Assembly (NCBI GenBank): GCA_046290415.1
Contig: JBKAGN010000001.1
Location: 7,295-71,294, forward strand
DNA from: Hyphomicrobiales bacterium
Lineage (GTDB): Bacteria; Pseudomonadota; Alphaproteobacteria; Rhizobiales; MH13
Length of the DNA: 64,000 bases
Reading direction: 5' to 3'
A model generated the notes under the pieces. It was not told the DNA's origin and did not search any database. It worked only from the letters and a program-made list of their open reading frames with translations. Position 1 is the stretch's first letter, and each line of letters begins with the position of its first letter. Of this stretch, positions 1 through 9,023 are shown piece by piece. Made by a program: the position numbers and the translations under genes.

Positions 1-155
1 AGGAACCGGCCGTCGCGGCGGATGAACCCGAGCCGGAGCCAGAGAGCAAACTAGAGCCGACGCCGGAACCAGCGAAAGACCCGGTTGTGGAAAGTTCCAA
101 CCCTGATTCCGGTCCGAAAAAACAAGGCTGGTGGCAAAAGCGCTCCTTCTTCTAG
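1..155 (+). CDS. rne: C-terminal fragment of ribonuclease E/G (partial, open at window start)
   Basis: The frame from position 3 reads EPAVAADEPEPEPESKLEPTPEPAKDPVVESSNPDSGPKKQGWWQKRSFF-stop (TAG 153-155). An acidic Pro-rich tail ending in GWWQ(K/R)R..FF is typical of rhizobial RNase E, and the neighbours (aminotransferase, M48, DsbA, aroQ, accBC) fit the usual synteny. Confidence 0.7.
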   Translation, partial: EPAVAADEPEPEPESKLEPTPEPAKDPVVESSNPDSGPKKQGWWQKRSFF

Positions 156-164
156 GGCGCAGGC

Positions 165-626
165 ATGTCGTCGCTTCCTAACAACACGGGCCCGCGTCTC
201 GCTGCGCGGGCCTTAATCGTTGAAAATGAACGGCTTTTGATGGTGAACGCCTATCCAGGCGGCAAGTCAGACCTTTGGTGTGCGCCGGGCGGCGGCGTTG
301 AAAAGCACCAATCGATTCCGGACAATCTGAAGCGGGAAGTGTTGGAAGAAACCGGACTGACCATCGAGGTTGGCGGGCTGGCTGGCATCAATGAGTTTCA
401 TGAACCGGGTTCCGGATTTCATCAGGTGGATTTGTTCTTCCGGGCAATCATCCTCGAAGGGGTGATCGACCCGACATGGCGTGACCCCGACAATGTTGTG
501 AGCGAGCGCCGATTCATGTCGCGTCTCGAGCTCAAACAATCGCGACATAAGCCAGACCGTCTGGCGGACTTTGCGTTTGGTCGCGACTCGGCCGCCTATG
601 ATCCACTCGAACTGTTGGTGCGCTAA
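165..626 (+). CDS. Nudix hydrolase
   Basis: Nudix box PGGGVEKHQSIPDNLKREVLEETGL (GX5EX7REUXEEXGU with the first Glu replaced by Gln); 153 aa. Confidence 0.9.
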   Translation: MSSLPNNTGPRLAARALIVENERLLMVNAYPGGKSDLWCAPGGGVEKHQSIPDNLKREVLEETGLTIEVGGLAGINEFHEPGSGFHQVDLFFRAIILEGVIDPTWRDPDNVVSERRFMSRLELKQSRHKPDRLADFAFGRDSAAYDPLELLVR

Positions 627-635
627 ACGCCGTTC

Positions 636-1865
636 TCAAAGCCGGTTGGTACGTCGCCGGACCCAGGTTTGGAACAATGAGGCTGCTTGCTTGATCGTGT
701 CGTGACTACCGGCGAAAGACACCCGCACGAACGAATCACCATGGACCGGGTCGAAATCGTTGCCCGGCGTAATCGCGACGCCGGTCTCGTCCAGCAACGC
801 AGCGCATAAAGCCGCTGCATCCTCTCCAGGGCGAAGGATCGAACCGACCGGCCAATAGGCATAAAAGGCGCCGTCCGGTGGCGGACCGCCCGTTAGGCCC
901 AACGACCCTTGAGTTTTCAGCAAGACTTGCCGGTTGGCGGCATATTCGGCCTTGATCGCTTCCAACGCATCGGTTGCATCAAAGGCGGCGATGGCAGCAG
1001 CCTGCGAAAGGCTTGGCGCGCAAATGAAAAGGTTCTGCGTCAATGCCTCAGCACTGCGCACCAGGCGTTCCGGCAGGATCATCCAGCCGACCCGCCAGCC
1101 GGTCATACAGTAGTATTTGGAAAAGGAGTTGATGATGATTGCATCGTCATCATGGGCAAGCGCGCAGCACTCTTCGCCATCAAAAACCAACCCGTGATAA
1201 ATCTCGTCAGAAATGTACCAGATGCCGGCCTGCTTGCAGTATGTGGCAAGCGTTTCAATGGCATGCGGCGGCATAACCGTACCGGTTGGGTTGTTGGGCG
1301 AGGCGATAAGAACTGCACGGATCGGCGCTTTTTCATGATGTTCGGCCAGCGCCTCTGGCGTCAGCACCCAACCATCCTCGGCCTTTAGATCGATTTCCAC
1401 CGGCTCCAGGCCAAGCGCCCGCACAATGTTGCGGTAGGCCGGATAACCCGGACGGGGCAAAGCAATCCGATCGCCAGGATCACACAACAGCAAAAAGGCC
1501 AGCGAAAAACTGGCCGACGACCCCGTGGTGACCAACACTCGCGAAGGATCGACCTGCTGGCCGTAACGCTCCTTGTAATGGCGGGCGATGCGCTCGCGCA
1601 GCGGCTTGGTGCCAACCGCTTCGGTGTACCCGATCCGACCATCGGCAAGCATGCCAGCGGCGGTATCGCGGACGCTTTGTGGCGTCGGGGCGCCAGGCTG
1701 ACCGACCTCCAGATGGTAGGTCACCTCGCCCTTGGCTTCGCGCAGATTGGCGGCAGCCAGAACATCCATCGCCAAAAAAGAATCGACCCGGCGTGCCTGT
1801 GCAACCTGGCGTTCCGGCGGGCTTTGCCGTTCCTGACGATCGGTCGTTTTCTCGATGGCTGCCAT
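636..1865 (-). CDS. PLP-dependent aminotransferase class I/II (aspartate aminotransferase-like)
   Basis: Motifs LEVGQP, GYT, SPNNPTG, SDEIYHG and NSFSKYYCMTGWRVGW (PLP lysine). Start moved to the ATG at 1865 (MAAIEK); the ORF track extends to 1958. Confidence 0.9.
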   Translation of the reverse strand: MAAIEKTTDRQERQSPPERQVAQARRVDSFLAMDVLAAANLREAKGEVTYHLEVGQPGAPTPQSVRDTAAGMLADGRIGYTEAVGTKPLRERIARHYKERYGQQVDPSRVLVTTGSSASFSLAFLLLCDPGDRIALPRPGYPAYRNIVRALGLEPVEIDLKAEDGWVLTPEALAEHHEKAPIRAVLIASPNNPTGTVMPPHAIETLATYCKQAGIWYISDEIYHGLVFDGEECCALAHDDDAIIINSFSKYYCMTGWRVGWMILPERLVRSAEALTQNLFICAPSLSQAAAIAAFDATDALEAIKAEYAANRQVLLKTQGSLGLTGGPPPDGAFYAYWPVGSILRPGEDAAALCAALLDETGVAITPGNDFDPVHGDSFVRVSFAGSHDTIKQAASLFQTWVRRRTNRL

Positions 1866-2088
1866 TGGACGGATGGTTCCCCTACACGAAGATTGGTTGA
1901 TGGCCTGGTGATACGCAACGCCGCGCCATCCAACAATGTCTGAAATCATGGCGCGCATGCCGGTTCAACGTTGACCATCGCGGCGCGACTGCTAGGTTTC
2001 TCGTCCTTGCACGGCCTTCCAGAACCAGCCGGTAACACCCGTTGACGATGCCCCATTCTTGCCGTTTCCCCATTGGAGTGTCGGCCGC

Positions 2089-3453
2089 ATGATCCGATCC
2101 GCTCTTCTTGCTCGCGCCTGGCTGTTCAGCGCGCTTCTCATTGCCTCGCAGCTTGTGGTTTCCACCGCCGAGGCTCAGCGTCAAATTTCCGTTTTTCGCG
2201 ATGCCGAGGTTGAGGCTTTGGTTGCCGACTATGTGGCGCCGATCCTGCGCGCGGCGGGCATCCGCGGCAGCTCGATTCAGGTGGTCCTGGTCAATGAGCG
2301 CGATTTCAATGCCTTTGTCGCTGACGGGCGGCGCATTTTCATCAATCTTGGCGTGCTTCTGCAATCGGACACGCCCAATGAGGTAATCGGCGTCCTGGCG
2401 CATGAAACTGGCCATCTGGCTGGCGCGCACCTCACCCGTTTGAGGCAGGAAATCTCGCGCTCGCAGATTATCTCAGCCGTGACGATGCTCGCCGGTGCCG
2501 CCGCGATGGCCGCGGCCGCGAGCGCAGGGAGCAGCGAAGGCGTGGCTGCTGGCCAGGGGATCGCCCTTGGCGGCCAAACAGCTGCGCAACGATCGCTCCT
2601 TGCCTACCAACGCGGCGAGGAGCTGGCCGCCGACCGCGCTGCGATCACCTACCTCAATGCCACCGGGCAATCTGCGCAAGGCATGCTGGAAGTGTTCAGC
2701 CGCTTTGCCGATCAAACCATGTTCACCGGCCGTTTTGTCGATCCCTATGTGCGCTCGCACCCGATGGCGCGAGACAGGATTAACCAGATCGAACGCCTGG
2801 CGCGTCAAAGCCAGTATTTTGAACGCCGCGACCCGCCGGACCTTCAACTACGCCACGATATGGCACTTGCCCGCCTAACCGCTTTGCTTGACGGCGAGCG
2901 CACGGTGATCAGACGCTATCCAAACAGCGACACCTCACTGCCGGCGCGGTATGCCCGAGCGCTGGTGGAGGGCCGTACCGGCTCCGCGCGAAGCGCGATC
3001 CAGCAACTGGACCAATTAATCGCCGTTCAGCCATCCAACCCATTCTTCTGGGAGGCGCGTGGCACGATCCTCTTTGAGAACGGCAACCCCGGCGATGCGG
3101 CGCGCAGTTGGGCGCGGGCCTTGGAGCTTGCTCCCAACAACACCATGATCCGCGTCTTCTACGGCGCAGCGCTTGTCGAAAGCGGCGATGCCAACGTCCT
3201 TTCCACGGCCATCGGCGAGTTGGAGCGCGGCCTTGCCAACGATCAGAGCTTGGCGTTCGGCTACCGCTTTCTCGGACAGGCCTATGCGCGCAGCGGCAAC
3301 ACAGCGATGGCGCAGCTGGCGTCCGGGCTGGAAGCGTTCGCACGCGGTGATATCCAAGGCGCCAAAGGCTTTGCAGCCCGCGCGCAACAAAACCTGCCGC
3401 GCGGTTCGACCGGATGGTTGCGCGCCGCCGATATCCTGGCCTACGACGAATAA
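2089..3453 (+). CDS. M48-family metalloprotease with C-terminal TPR repeats (BepA/YfgC-like)
   Basis: Signal peptide, FNAF, zinc motif AHETGH, E..AD, SHP and a helical TPR-like C-terminus. Start chosen at ATG 2089. Confidence 0.9.
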   Translation: MIRSALLARAWLFSALLIASQLVVSTAEAQRQISVFRDAEVEALVADYVAPILRAAGIRGSSIQVVLVNERDFNAFVADGRRIFINLGVLLQSDTPNEVIGVLAHETGHLAGAHLTRLRQEISRSQIISAVTMLAGAAAMAAAASAGSSEGVAAGQGIALGGQTAAQRSLLAYQRGEELAADRAAITYLNATGQSAQGMLEVFSRFADQTMFTGRFVDPYVRSHPMARDRINQIERLARQSQYFERRDPPDLQLRHDMALARLTALLDGERTVIRRYPNSDTSLPARYARALVEGRTGSARSAIQQLDQLIAVQPSNPFFWEARGTILFENGNPGDAARSWARALELAPNNTMIRVFYGAALVESGDANVLSTAIGELERGLANDQSLAFGYRFLGQAYARSGNTAMAQLASGLEAFARGDIQGAKGFAARAQQNLPRGSTGWLRAADILAYDE

Positions 3454-3516
3454 GCCAGTTCGCCCTGTTCTCCGCTGTTTGGTCATCCAACCAGGGCGAT
3501 CACAAAAGGAAACCGC

Positions 3517-4413
3517 ATGTCACGTCCCCTTCTCGGCCTTGTCGCTGTGGCAGGCATTGCCCTTCCGATCGGTCTTGGCGCCTTTGCGCTCTCCGGCGCA
3601 ACCTCGGTCGGCGAAACGCAACTTTCTGGCCTTGACGCCGAACTGCTTGAGCGCGTGGTCGAGGCCGAGACCGCGCCACTGGACCTCGCCCCAGCGTCAC
3701 CAACGCCACCAACGTCGCCGGCGAGCCTCTCGGCTTTGGCGGAAGCTGACCGCGAAGGCGCCGTTGCCCTGGTGCGCCAGGCCTTGCTCGACAATCCCCT
3801 GATCCTGGACGAGGCCGTCGAAGCGCTGGAAGCCGCACGGGCTTTAGCCGAAGTGGACCTTGTTGCCGACGTGATCGCCGAAAATGCCGATCTCCTGTTC
3901 GACGACCATAACGCCAGCATTATGGGCAACCCCGATGGTGCCATCACACTGGTTGAGTTCCTGGATTACAATTGCGGCTTCTGTAAACGTGCCCATGGCG
4001 ATGTCATGCGTCTTATCGACGAGCAAAATGATGTGCGGGTTCTTGTCAAAGACTTTCCGGTCCTCGGGCCAGGATCGCTTGAGGCAGCCCAGGTTGCCGT
4101 GGCGTTTCGAGCGATTGGCGGCGACATGACGGCGTTCATTGACGCTATGATGACTGAGTCCGTTCAGGCCGATTCCGCGATGGCGCGCCGCGTGGCTCTA
4201 GAGCTCGGCGCCGACGAAACCGCGCTCGATCTGGCGCTCGACAGCCCGTCCCTGATGGAACCAATTGGCGAGGCCTACGCTTTGGCCGAACAGCTCAACA
4301 TTCGCGGCACCCCGGCCTTCATTGTCGGCGACCAACGGTTGATGGGCGCGGTCGGATTTGACCGACTTGCTGAGGCCATCCAAGTTGAGCGCGATCGCCT
4401 GTCGGCGCTCTAG
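3517..4413 (+). CDS. DsbA-family thioredoxin-fold protein
   Basis: N-terminal anchor, EFLDYNCGFC (CxxC) and the cis-Pro loop RGTPAF. Confidence 0.9.
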   Translation: MSRPLLGLVAVAGIALPIGLGAFALSGATSVGETQLSGLDAELLERVVEAETAPLDLAPASPTPPTSPASLSALAEADREGAVALVRQALLDNPLILDEAVEALEAARALAEVDLVADVIAENADLLFDDHNASIMGNPDGAITLVEFLDYNCGFCKRAHGDVMRLIDEQNDVRVLVKDFPVLGPGSLEAAQVAVAFRAIGGDMTAFIDAMMTESVQADSAMARRVALELGADETALDLALDSPSLMEPIGEAYALAEQLNIRGTPAFIVGDQRLMGAVGFDRLAEAIQVERDRLSAL

Positions 4414-4452
4414 TCGATTCGCGGCGCAACACTCCACTGAGCTGGATGCATC

Positions 4453-4890
4453 ATGGCCACCGTCTTCATTCTCAATGGTCCAAATCTCAATCTCTTGGGG
4501 CAACGTGAGCCGCATCTCTACGGACATGAAACGCTAGATGATTTGGAGGCCATGTGCCGCGACCATGCGGCCGACATCGACCTCGAGATCGATTTTCGGC
4601 AATCCAACCATGAGGGCGTGCTCGTCGATTGGGTCCATGAAGCACGCCGCCTCGCCGATGGGCTGATCTGCAATTTCGGCGCCTACAGCCACACATCGAT
4701 TGCCTTGCATGATGCGTTGAAAGCCGCTGAATTGCCGATCATTGAAGTCCATTTGAGCAACATCCATGCGCGCGAACCCTTCCGCCACACAAGCTATACT
4801 GCGCAAGCGTCCAAAGGCATGATTGCCGGGCTTGGCGCGGCTGGCTATCGGCTCGCTCTGACCGCGCTATCGGATCTGATCGACGCTTAA
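4453..4890 (+). CDS. aroQ: type II 3-dehydroquinate dehydratase
   Basis: ILNGPNLNLLGQREPHLYG, QSNHEG, HTSIALHDA, EVHLSNIHAREPFRH. Confidence 0.97.
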   Translation: MATVFILNGPNLNLLGQREPHLYGHETLDDLEAMCRDHAADIDLEIDFRQSNHEGVLVDWVHEARRLADGLICNFGAYSHTSIALHDALKAAELPIIEVHLSNIHAREPFRHTSYTAQASKGMIAGLGAAGYRLALTALSDLIDA

Positions 4891-5027
4891 TCATGGCCGC
4901 ATTCAGGCAGTGGACGGCCAGCACACGAGCGGCTATACCCCGCCGATCAATTCACCTACCCTTGTGATCGCGTGCGCACGTTCCTTCGGCTCTGTTTCGA
5001 CGTGCGGTGATGAGTGAAAGAGTTTCT

Positions 5028-5504
5028 ATGTCGAAGTCCAAGGCCACCATCGATCAGGATTTTATTCGTCAATTGGCGCTTTTGCTCAATGAGACGGATC
5101 TGACTGAGATTGAGGTTGAACAAGACGACACACGGGTTCGCATCGCCCGCACACCGGCGGCGGTGACGCATACCGCACAGGTTTCGGCCCCTGCTGCTGC
5201 CGTTCCAGCCACCGCAGCTCCGATCCAAGCGACAGCCGCCCCGGCTGAGGCACCATCGGAGACACCGGCTGGCGAAGCCGTTCGCTCGCCTATGGTGGGC
5301 ACCGCCTATCTCTCGCCGGAGCCAGGCGCCGCCGCTTACATCAAAGTGGGCGATACGGTCCGCGAAGGACAGACGCTTCTGATCGTCGAAGCAATGAAGA
5401 CGATGAACCAAATTCCGGCAACCGCATCCGGCGTGGTGCAGGAGATTTTGGTGACCGACAAGCAGCCGGTCGAGTATGGTGAGCCGCTGGTGATTATCGC
5501 CTGA
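5028..5504 (+). CDS. accB: acetyl-CoA carboxylase biotin carboxyl carrier protein
   Basis: SPMVGT and the biotinylation motif EAMKTMN, with an Ala/Pro linker. Start chosen at MSKSK (5028). Confidence 0.97.
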   Translation: MSKSKATIDQDFIRQLALLLNETDLTEIEVEQDDTRVRIARTPAAVTHTAQVSAPAAAVPATAAPIQATAAPAEAPSETPAGEAVRSPMVGTAYLSPEPGAAAYIKVGDTVREGQTLLIVEAMKTMNQIPATASGVVQEILVTDKQPVEYGEPLVIIA

Positions 5505-5525
5505 TAGGGCGCGGAGTTTTCCGAC

Positions 5526-6872
5526 ATGTTCAAGAAAGTTCTGATCGCCAACCGTGGTGAGATCGCCCTGCGCGTGATGCGCGCTTGCAAAGAACTAGGC
5601 ATCGGTACGGTCGCGGTGCATTCCACTGCCGATGCACACGCCATGCATGTGCGCTTGGCGGACGAAAGCGTCTGTATTGGCCCGCCTGATGCCCGCGAAA
5701 GCTATCTCAACATTCCGCAAATCCTGGCCGCCTGCGAGATCACGGGCGCCGATGCGGTGCATCCGGGCTACGGCTTCCTGTCGGAAAACGCCAAGTTTTC
5801 TGAAATTCTGGCCGCCCACAATGTGACGTTCATTGGCCCGAAGGCCGAACATATCGATGTGATGGGCGACAAGATCGCCGCCAAGACGACCGTGAAGCGC
5901 CTCGGCATTCCCGTCGTTCCAGGCTCGGAAGGCGAGTTGCGCTCGGTCGAAGAAGCGCGCGAAGTCGCTGAAGGCATGGGCTTTCCAGTGATCGTCAAAG
6001 CGGCAGCCGGCGGTGGCGGACGCGGCATGAAGGTCGCACGCAACGTCGAAGAACTGACCGACGCGGTGAACACCGCCCGCGCCGAGGCACGCGCTGCTTT
6101 CGGCGATGATGCCCTCTACATGGAAAAATACCTACAAAACCCGCGTCACATCGAGGTGCAGGTGTTTGGCGATGGGATGGGGAAGGCGATCCATTTGGGC
6201 GAGCGCGACTGTTCGCTACAACGCCGCCATCAAAAGGTTTGGGAAGAAGCGCTCTCGCCAGTGATCACGCCGGAGCAGCGCGAAGAAATTGGAGCGGTGT
6301 CGGCCAAAGCGATTGCTGACCTTGGCTACTCGGGCGCTGGCACCATCGAGTTCCTGTATGAAGACGGCGAGTTTTATTTCATCGAGATGAACACCCGCCT
6401 GCAGGTGGAACACCCTGTTACCGAAGCGATCACGGGGCTCGATCTGGTGGCCGAGCAGTTGCGCGTTGCGGCAGGCCAAGGCCTGTCGGTCACGCAAGAA
6501 GATATCACCTTTGAAGGCCACGCCATCGAAGTGCGCATCAATGCCGAGCACCCCGAGACGTTCCGTCCCTCGCCCGGCGTGATCGAATCCTATCACCCGT
6601 CTGGCGGGTTGGGTGTGCGCGTCGATTCGGCGGTCTATCAGGGTTATCGAATCCCGCCTTATTACGACAGCCTGATTGGCAAGTTGATCGTGCATGCCGA
6701 CACACGCGATATGGCAATCAACCGCATGGCGCGCGCCTTGGACGAGTTCGTTATCGCAGGTGTGGAGAGCACCCTGCCCCTGTTCCGCCGCCTGGTGAAC
6801 GAACCGGATATTCGCAGCGGCGACTATTCCATCCATTGGCTGGAACGGTGGCTCGCCGACCAGGGTCACTGA
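5526..6872 (+). CDS. accC: acetyl-CoA carboxylase biotin carboxylase subunit
   Basis: [48 protein letters not shown]; follows accB. Confidence 0.98.
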   Translation: MFKKVLIANRGEIALRVMRACKELGIGTVAVHSTADAHAMHVRLADESVCIGPPDARESYLNIPQILAACEITGADAVHPGYGFLSENAKFSEILAAHNVTFIGPKAEHIDVMGDKIAAKTTVKRLGIPVVPGSEGELRSVEEAREVAEGMGFPVIVKAAAGGGGRGMKVARNVEELTDAVNTARAEARAAFGDDALYMEKYLQNPRHIEVQVFGDGMGKAIHLGERDCSLQRRHQKVWEEALSPVITPEQREEIGAVSAKAIADLGYSGAGTIEFLYEDGEFYFIEMNTRLQVEHPVTEAITGLDLVAEQLRVAAGQGLSVTQEDITFEGHAIEVRINAEHPETFRPSPGVIESYHPSGGLGVRVDSAVYQGYRIPPYYDSLIGKLIVHADTRDMAINRMARALDEFVIAGVESTLPLFRRLVNEPDIRSGDYSIHWLERWLADQGH

Positions 6873-6897
6873 TCGCAAGGCACGGGCAGCTCTGCCG

Positions 6898-7554
6898 ATG
6901 GCCGACACGATAACGCCTGATCTGCTGCTGCAAGCCTATGAAGTCGGCTTCTTTCCGATGGCCGAAGATGCTGATGATGCCTCGGTTTTTTGGGTCAACC
7001 CGCCGATGCGTGGCATTATTCCGCTGGATGCATTTCACGTGCCGCGCCGCCTTGCCCGAACCGTCCGTCAGGACCTTTTTGAGGTGCGTGTCGATAGTGA
7101 TTTTGACGGCGTCATCGATGGTTGTTCGGCCAGTGCGCCGGGCCGCTCTTCAACCTGGATCAACGCCGATATTCGACGGCTCTACGGCGCACTGTTCGAG
7201 CGCGGGGCCTGCCACACCGTGGAAGCTTGGCGGAACGGCGAGTTGGTTGGCGGCCTTTATGGCGTAGCGCTTGGTGGCGCGTTTTTCGGCGAAAGCATGT
7301 TTTCGCGGGCCCGCGACGCCTCCAAAGTGGCTCTGGTGCATCTGGTTGGACGTTTGAAGGCCGGTGGGTTCACCTTGCTCGATACCCAATTCATCACCGA
7401 ACATCTGCGCCAATTCGGTGCGACGGAAGTCCCTGCCGATCTTTATCGTGAGGCATTGCGCGAAGCGGTCGCGCAGGATGCAGATTTTTACTGCTGGCCT
7501 TCGACGGGTGTTTCGGGCGCTGAATCGCTGCAACCGGTCAGCCATACATCATAA
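6898..7554 (+). CDS. aat: leucyl/phenylalanyl-tRNA--protein transferase
   Basis: [20 protein letters not shown]...[39 protein letters not shown]. Confidence 0.96.
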   Translation: MADTITPDLLLQAYEVGFFPMAEDADDASVFWVNPPMRGIIPLDAFHVPRRLARTVRQDLFEVRVDSDFDGVIDGCSASAPGRSSTWINADIRRLYGALFERGACHTVEAWRNGELVGGLYGVALGGAFFGESMFSRARDASKVALVHLVGRLKAGGFTLLDTQFITEHLRQFGATEVPADLYREALREAVAQDADFYCWPSTGVSGAESLQPVSHTS

Positions 7555-7919
7555 ACCGGGTGGTCGATGGCGTTGAGCCCAGGGCTTTCGGCGATCATCC
7601 AACCGGTGAAGATGCGGCGGATACGACGGTCGAGCGTCAACTCATCGACTTCCAGGAAAACCGTTGTCCGCTCCGGCTCGGACGGGGGACGGTCGTAACA
7701 AACCCGCGGCGTCAGCTGCAGCGCGCCAAACTGCACGGTTTCATCCACGAATACATAGAAGGTGTGCAGCTCGCCGGTAATCTTGTCGAGACCGGCAAAC
7801 AGGGCCACCGGATGTTCGTTGCGCAGCACCGGCGCGGAGGTCTGCGCAAACGCATAACCAACGCCGGCCAACGCGACTGCTCCGGCCAAAACAACGGAAA
7901 GAAATGAAGGCAAACGCAT
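7488..7919 (-). CDS. DUF2155-domain secreted protein
   Basis: Signal peptide followed by GLDKITG...[17 protein letters not shown] and [28 protein letters not shown]. Start moved to ATG 7919. Overlaps the aat 3' end convergently. Confidence 0.85.
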   Translation of the reverse strand: MRLPSFLSVVLAGAVALAGVGYAFAQTSAPVLRNEHPVALFAGLDKITGELHTFYVFVDETVQFGALQLTPRVCYDRPPSEPERTTVFLEVDELTLDRRIRRIFTGWMIAESPGLNAIDHPVYDVWLTGCSDSAPETPVEGQQ

Positions 7920-8055
7920 AAGGGTCTCAAACGGATTCGGGCGCGCAACGACTGCGCAGCAAGGCTTGCGAAAGCCCTGTTGGGACATTGTGGCGATTCG
8001 ATGCTGAATTCCTAGCGCGATCGGCGCGGTAACCCGCGTCACCAACGCTTGAAGA

Positions 8056-8451
8056 TCAATCGCCTGGCGACCACGCCTCATAATCACCCGTTGCCGCCGG
8101 GCGCTTGGCGGGCGTCAGGATCGAGCCATCCGGGCGGTAAGCGCCGGGCATACCGGTAAGATTGGGTTTGTGGGGCAATTCCCACTCTTTGGCGACATAG
8201 CCATCTTCCGTTGGCGGCACGTCGGTCTTTTTGTGGATCCAGCCATGCCAGCCTGGCGGAATGGCCGAGGCATCGGCCTCCCCATTATAGATGACCCAGC
8301 GGCGTTCGCCCAAGGGCGGCACGTCGGCGCGATAATAGACATTGCCCAGTTCATCTTCACCCACACGCTGGCCTTTGCGGGCGGTGAACCACATGGTGCC
8401 GAACGTCTGGTCCTGCCACCAGGTGAAGAATCGCAAGAAAAACTGTTTCAT
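8056..8451 (-). CDS. NADH:ubiquinone oxidoreductase NDUFA12-like subunit
   Basis: FTWW...GT...T..KG..VGEDELGNVYY, RRWVIYNGEADASAIPPGWHGWIH, GDYEAWSPG. Start at MKQFF (8451). Confidence 0.92.
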   Translation of the reverse strand: MKQFFLRFFTWWQDQTFGTMWFTARKGQRVGEDELGNVYYRADVPPLGERRWVIYNGEADASAIPPGWHGWIHKKTDVPPTEDGYVAKEWELPHKPNLTGMPGAYRPDGSILTPAKRPAATGDYEAWSPGD

Positions 8452-8629
8452 CTTTGGTCCGCAAACAGGCTGAAGAATGATTGCCTGCCTTGTGCCCCGA
8501 TTGGCAGGGTCTGTCCAGCGCGCCCTTCGCTTAAGCCGCGACGTTTTCGGCGGCATTTTCGGTTCTCAGAGCACGGGTCCTACACCATCGATTTCGCCAG
8601 CAGCCAACTACCCACAGGCCAGGTCGTTT

Positions 8630-8654
8630 TTGTCCACACCCATCCCGTGGATAA
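8630..8654. promoter_or_regulatory. inverted pair of DnaA-box-like 9-mers upstream of nrdJ
   Basis: TTGTCCACA (8630-8638) and CGTGGATAA (8646-8654, reverse complement TTATCCACG). Each has one mismatch to TTATCCACA. Confidence 0.5.
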
Positions 8655-8843
8655 AATCAGTATCTGAATTTTCCCTTAGACCAAGGTTGACGCCTTCCTG
8701 CGAGTCGGGCCTTCTGGACGACGTTGCCGTTCAAGGTTCAGCGTTTCCGGGCCAGGTGACACATTTCCAGATGGTATGTCCGTAAAGGCGATTTTGCCCC
8801 GCGCGTTTAATGACGTAGCGGCATGGCTTTTTGACGCCAACTG

Positions 8844-8890
8844 ACGCAATATGTGGTGTTAATTTTTTGTTTACACACCATATCTAGGTG
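8844..8890 (+). promoter_or_regulatory. tandem NrdR boxes upstream of nrdJ
   Basis: ACGCAATATGTGGTGT (8844-8859) and ACACCATATCTAGGTG (8875-8890) start 31 bp apart. They match the NrdR-box consensus acaCwAtATaTwGtg and its typical tandem spacing, and nrdR is in this window. Confidence 0.75.
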
Positions 8891-9023
8891 TAGTTAGGCT
8901 AACCGCACTAACGGAATCGGTGCCGGCCCAAAGCGGGCCATGCTTGAGGGATCTGATGAAGATCATCAGATTGGGGCGAGCACCGCTGTGCCGATGAGAA
9001 TGGGCTAGAGGAGCACTACCACG

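Noticed and set aside
8452-9023. Possible replication origin or cobalamin riboswitch in the long nrdJ upstream region
   Set aside because: Only two DnaA-like boxes are present, with no box cluster or unwinding-element repeats, and none of the usual oriC neighbours. I could not find the conserved B12-box or core of cobalamin riboswitches.
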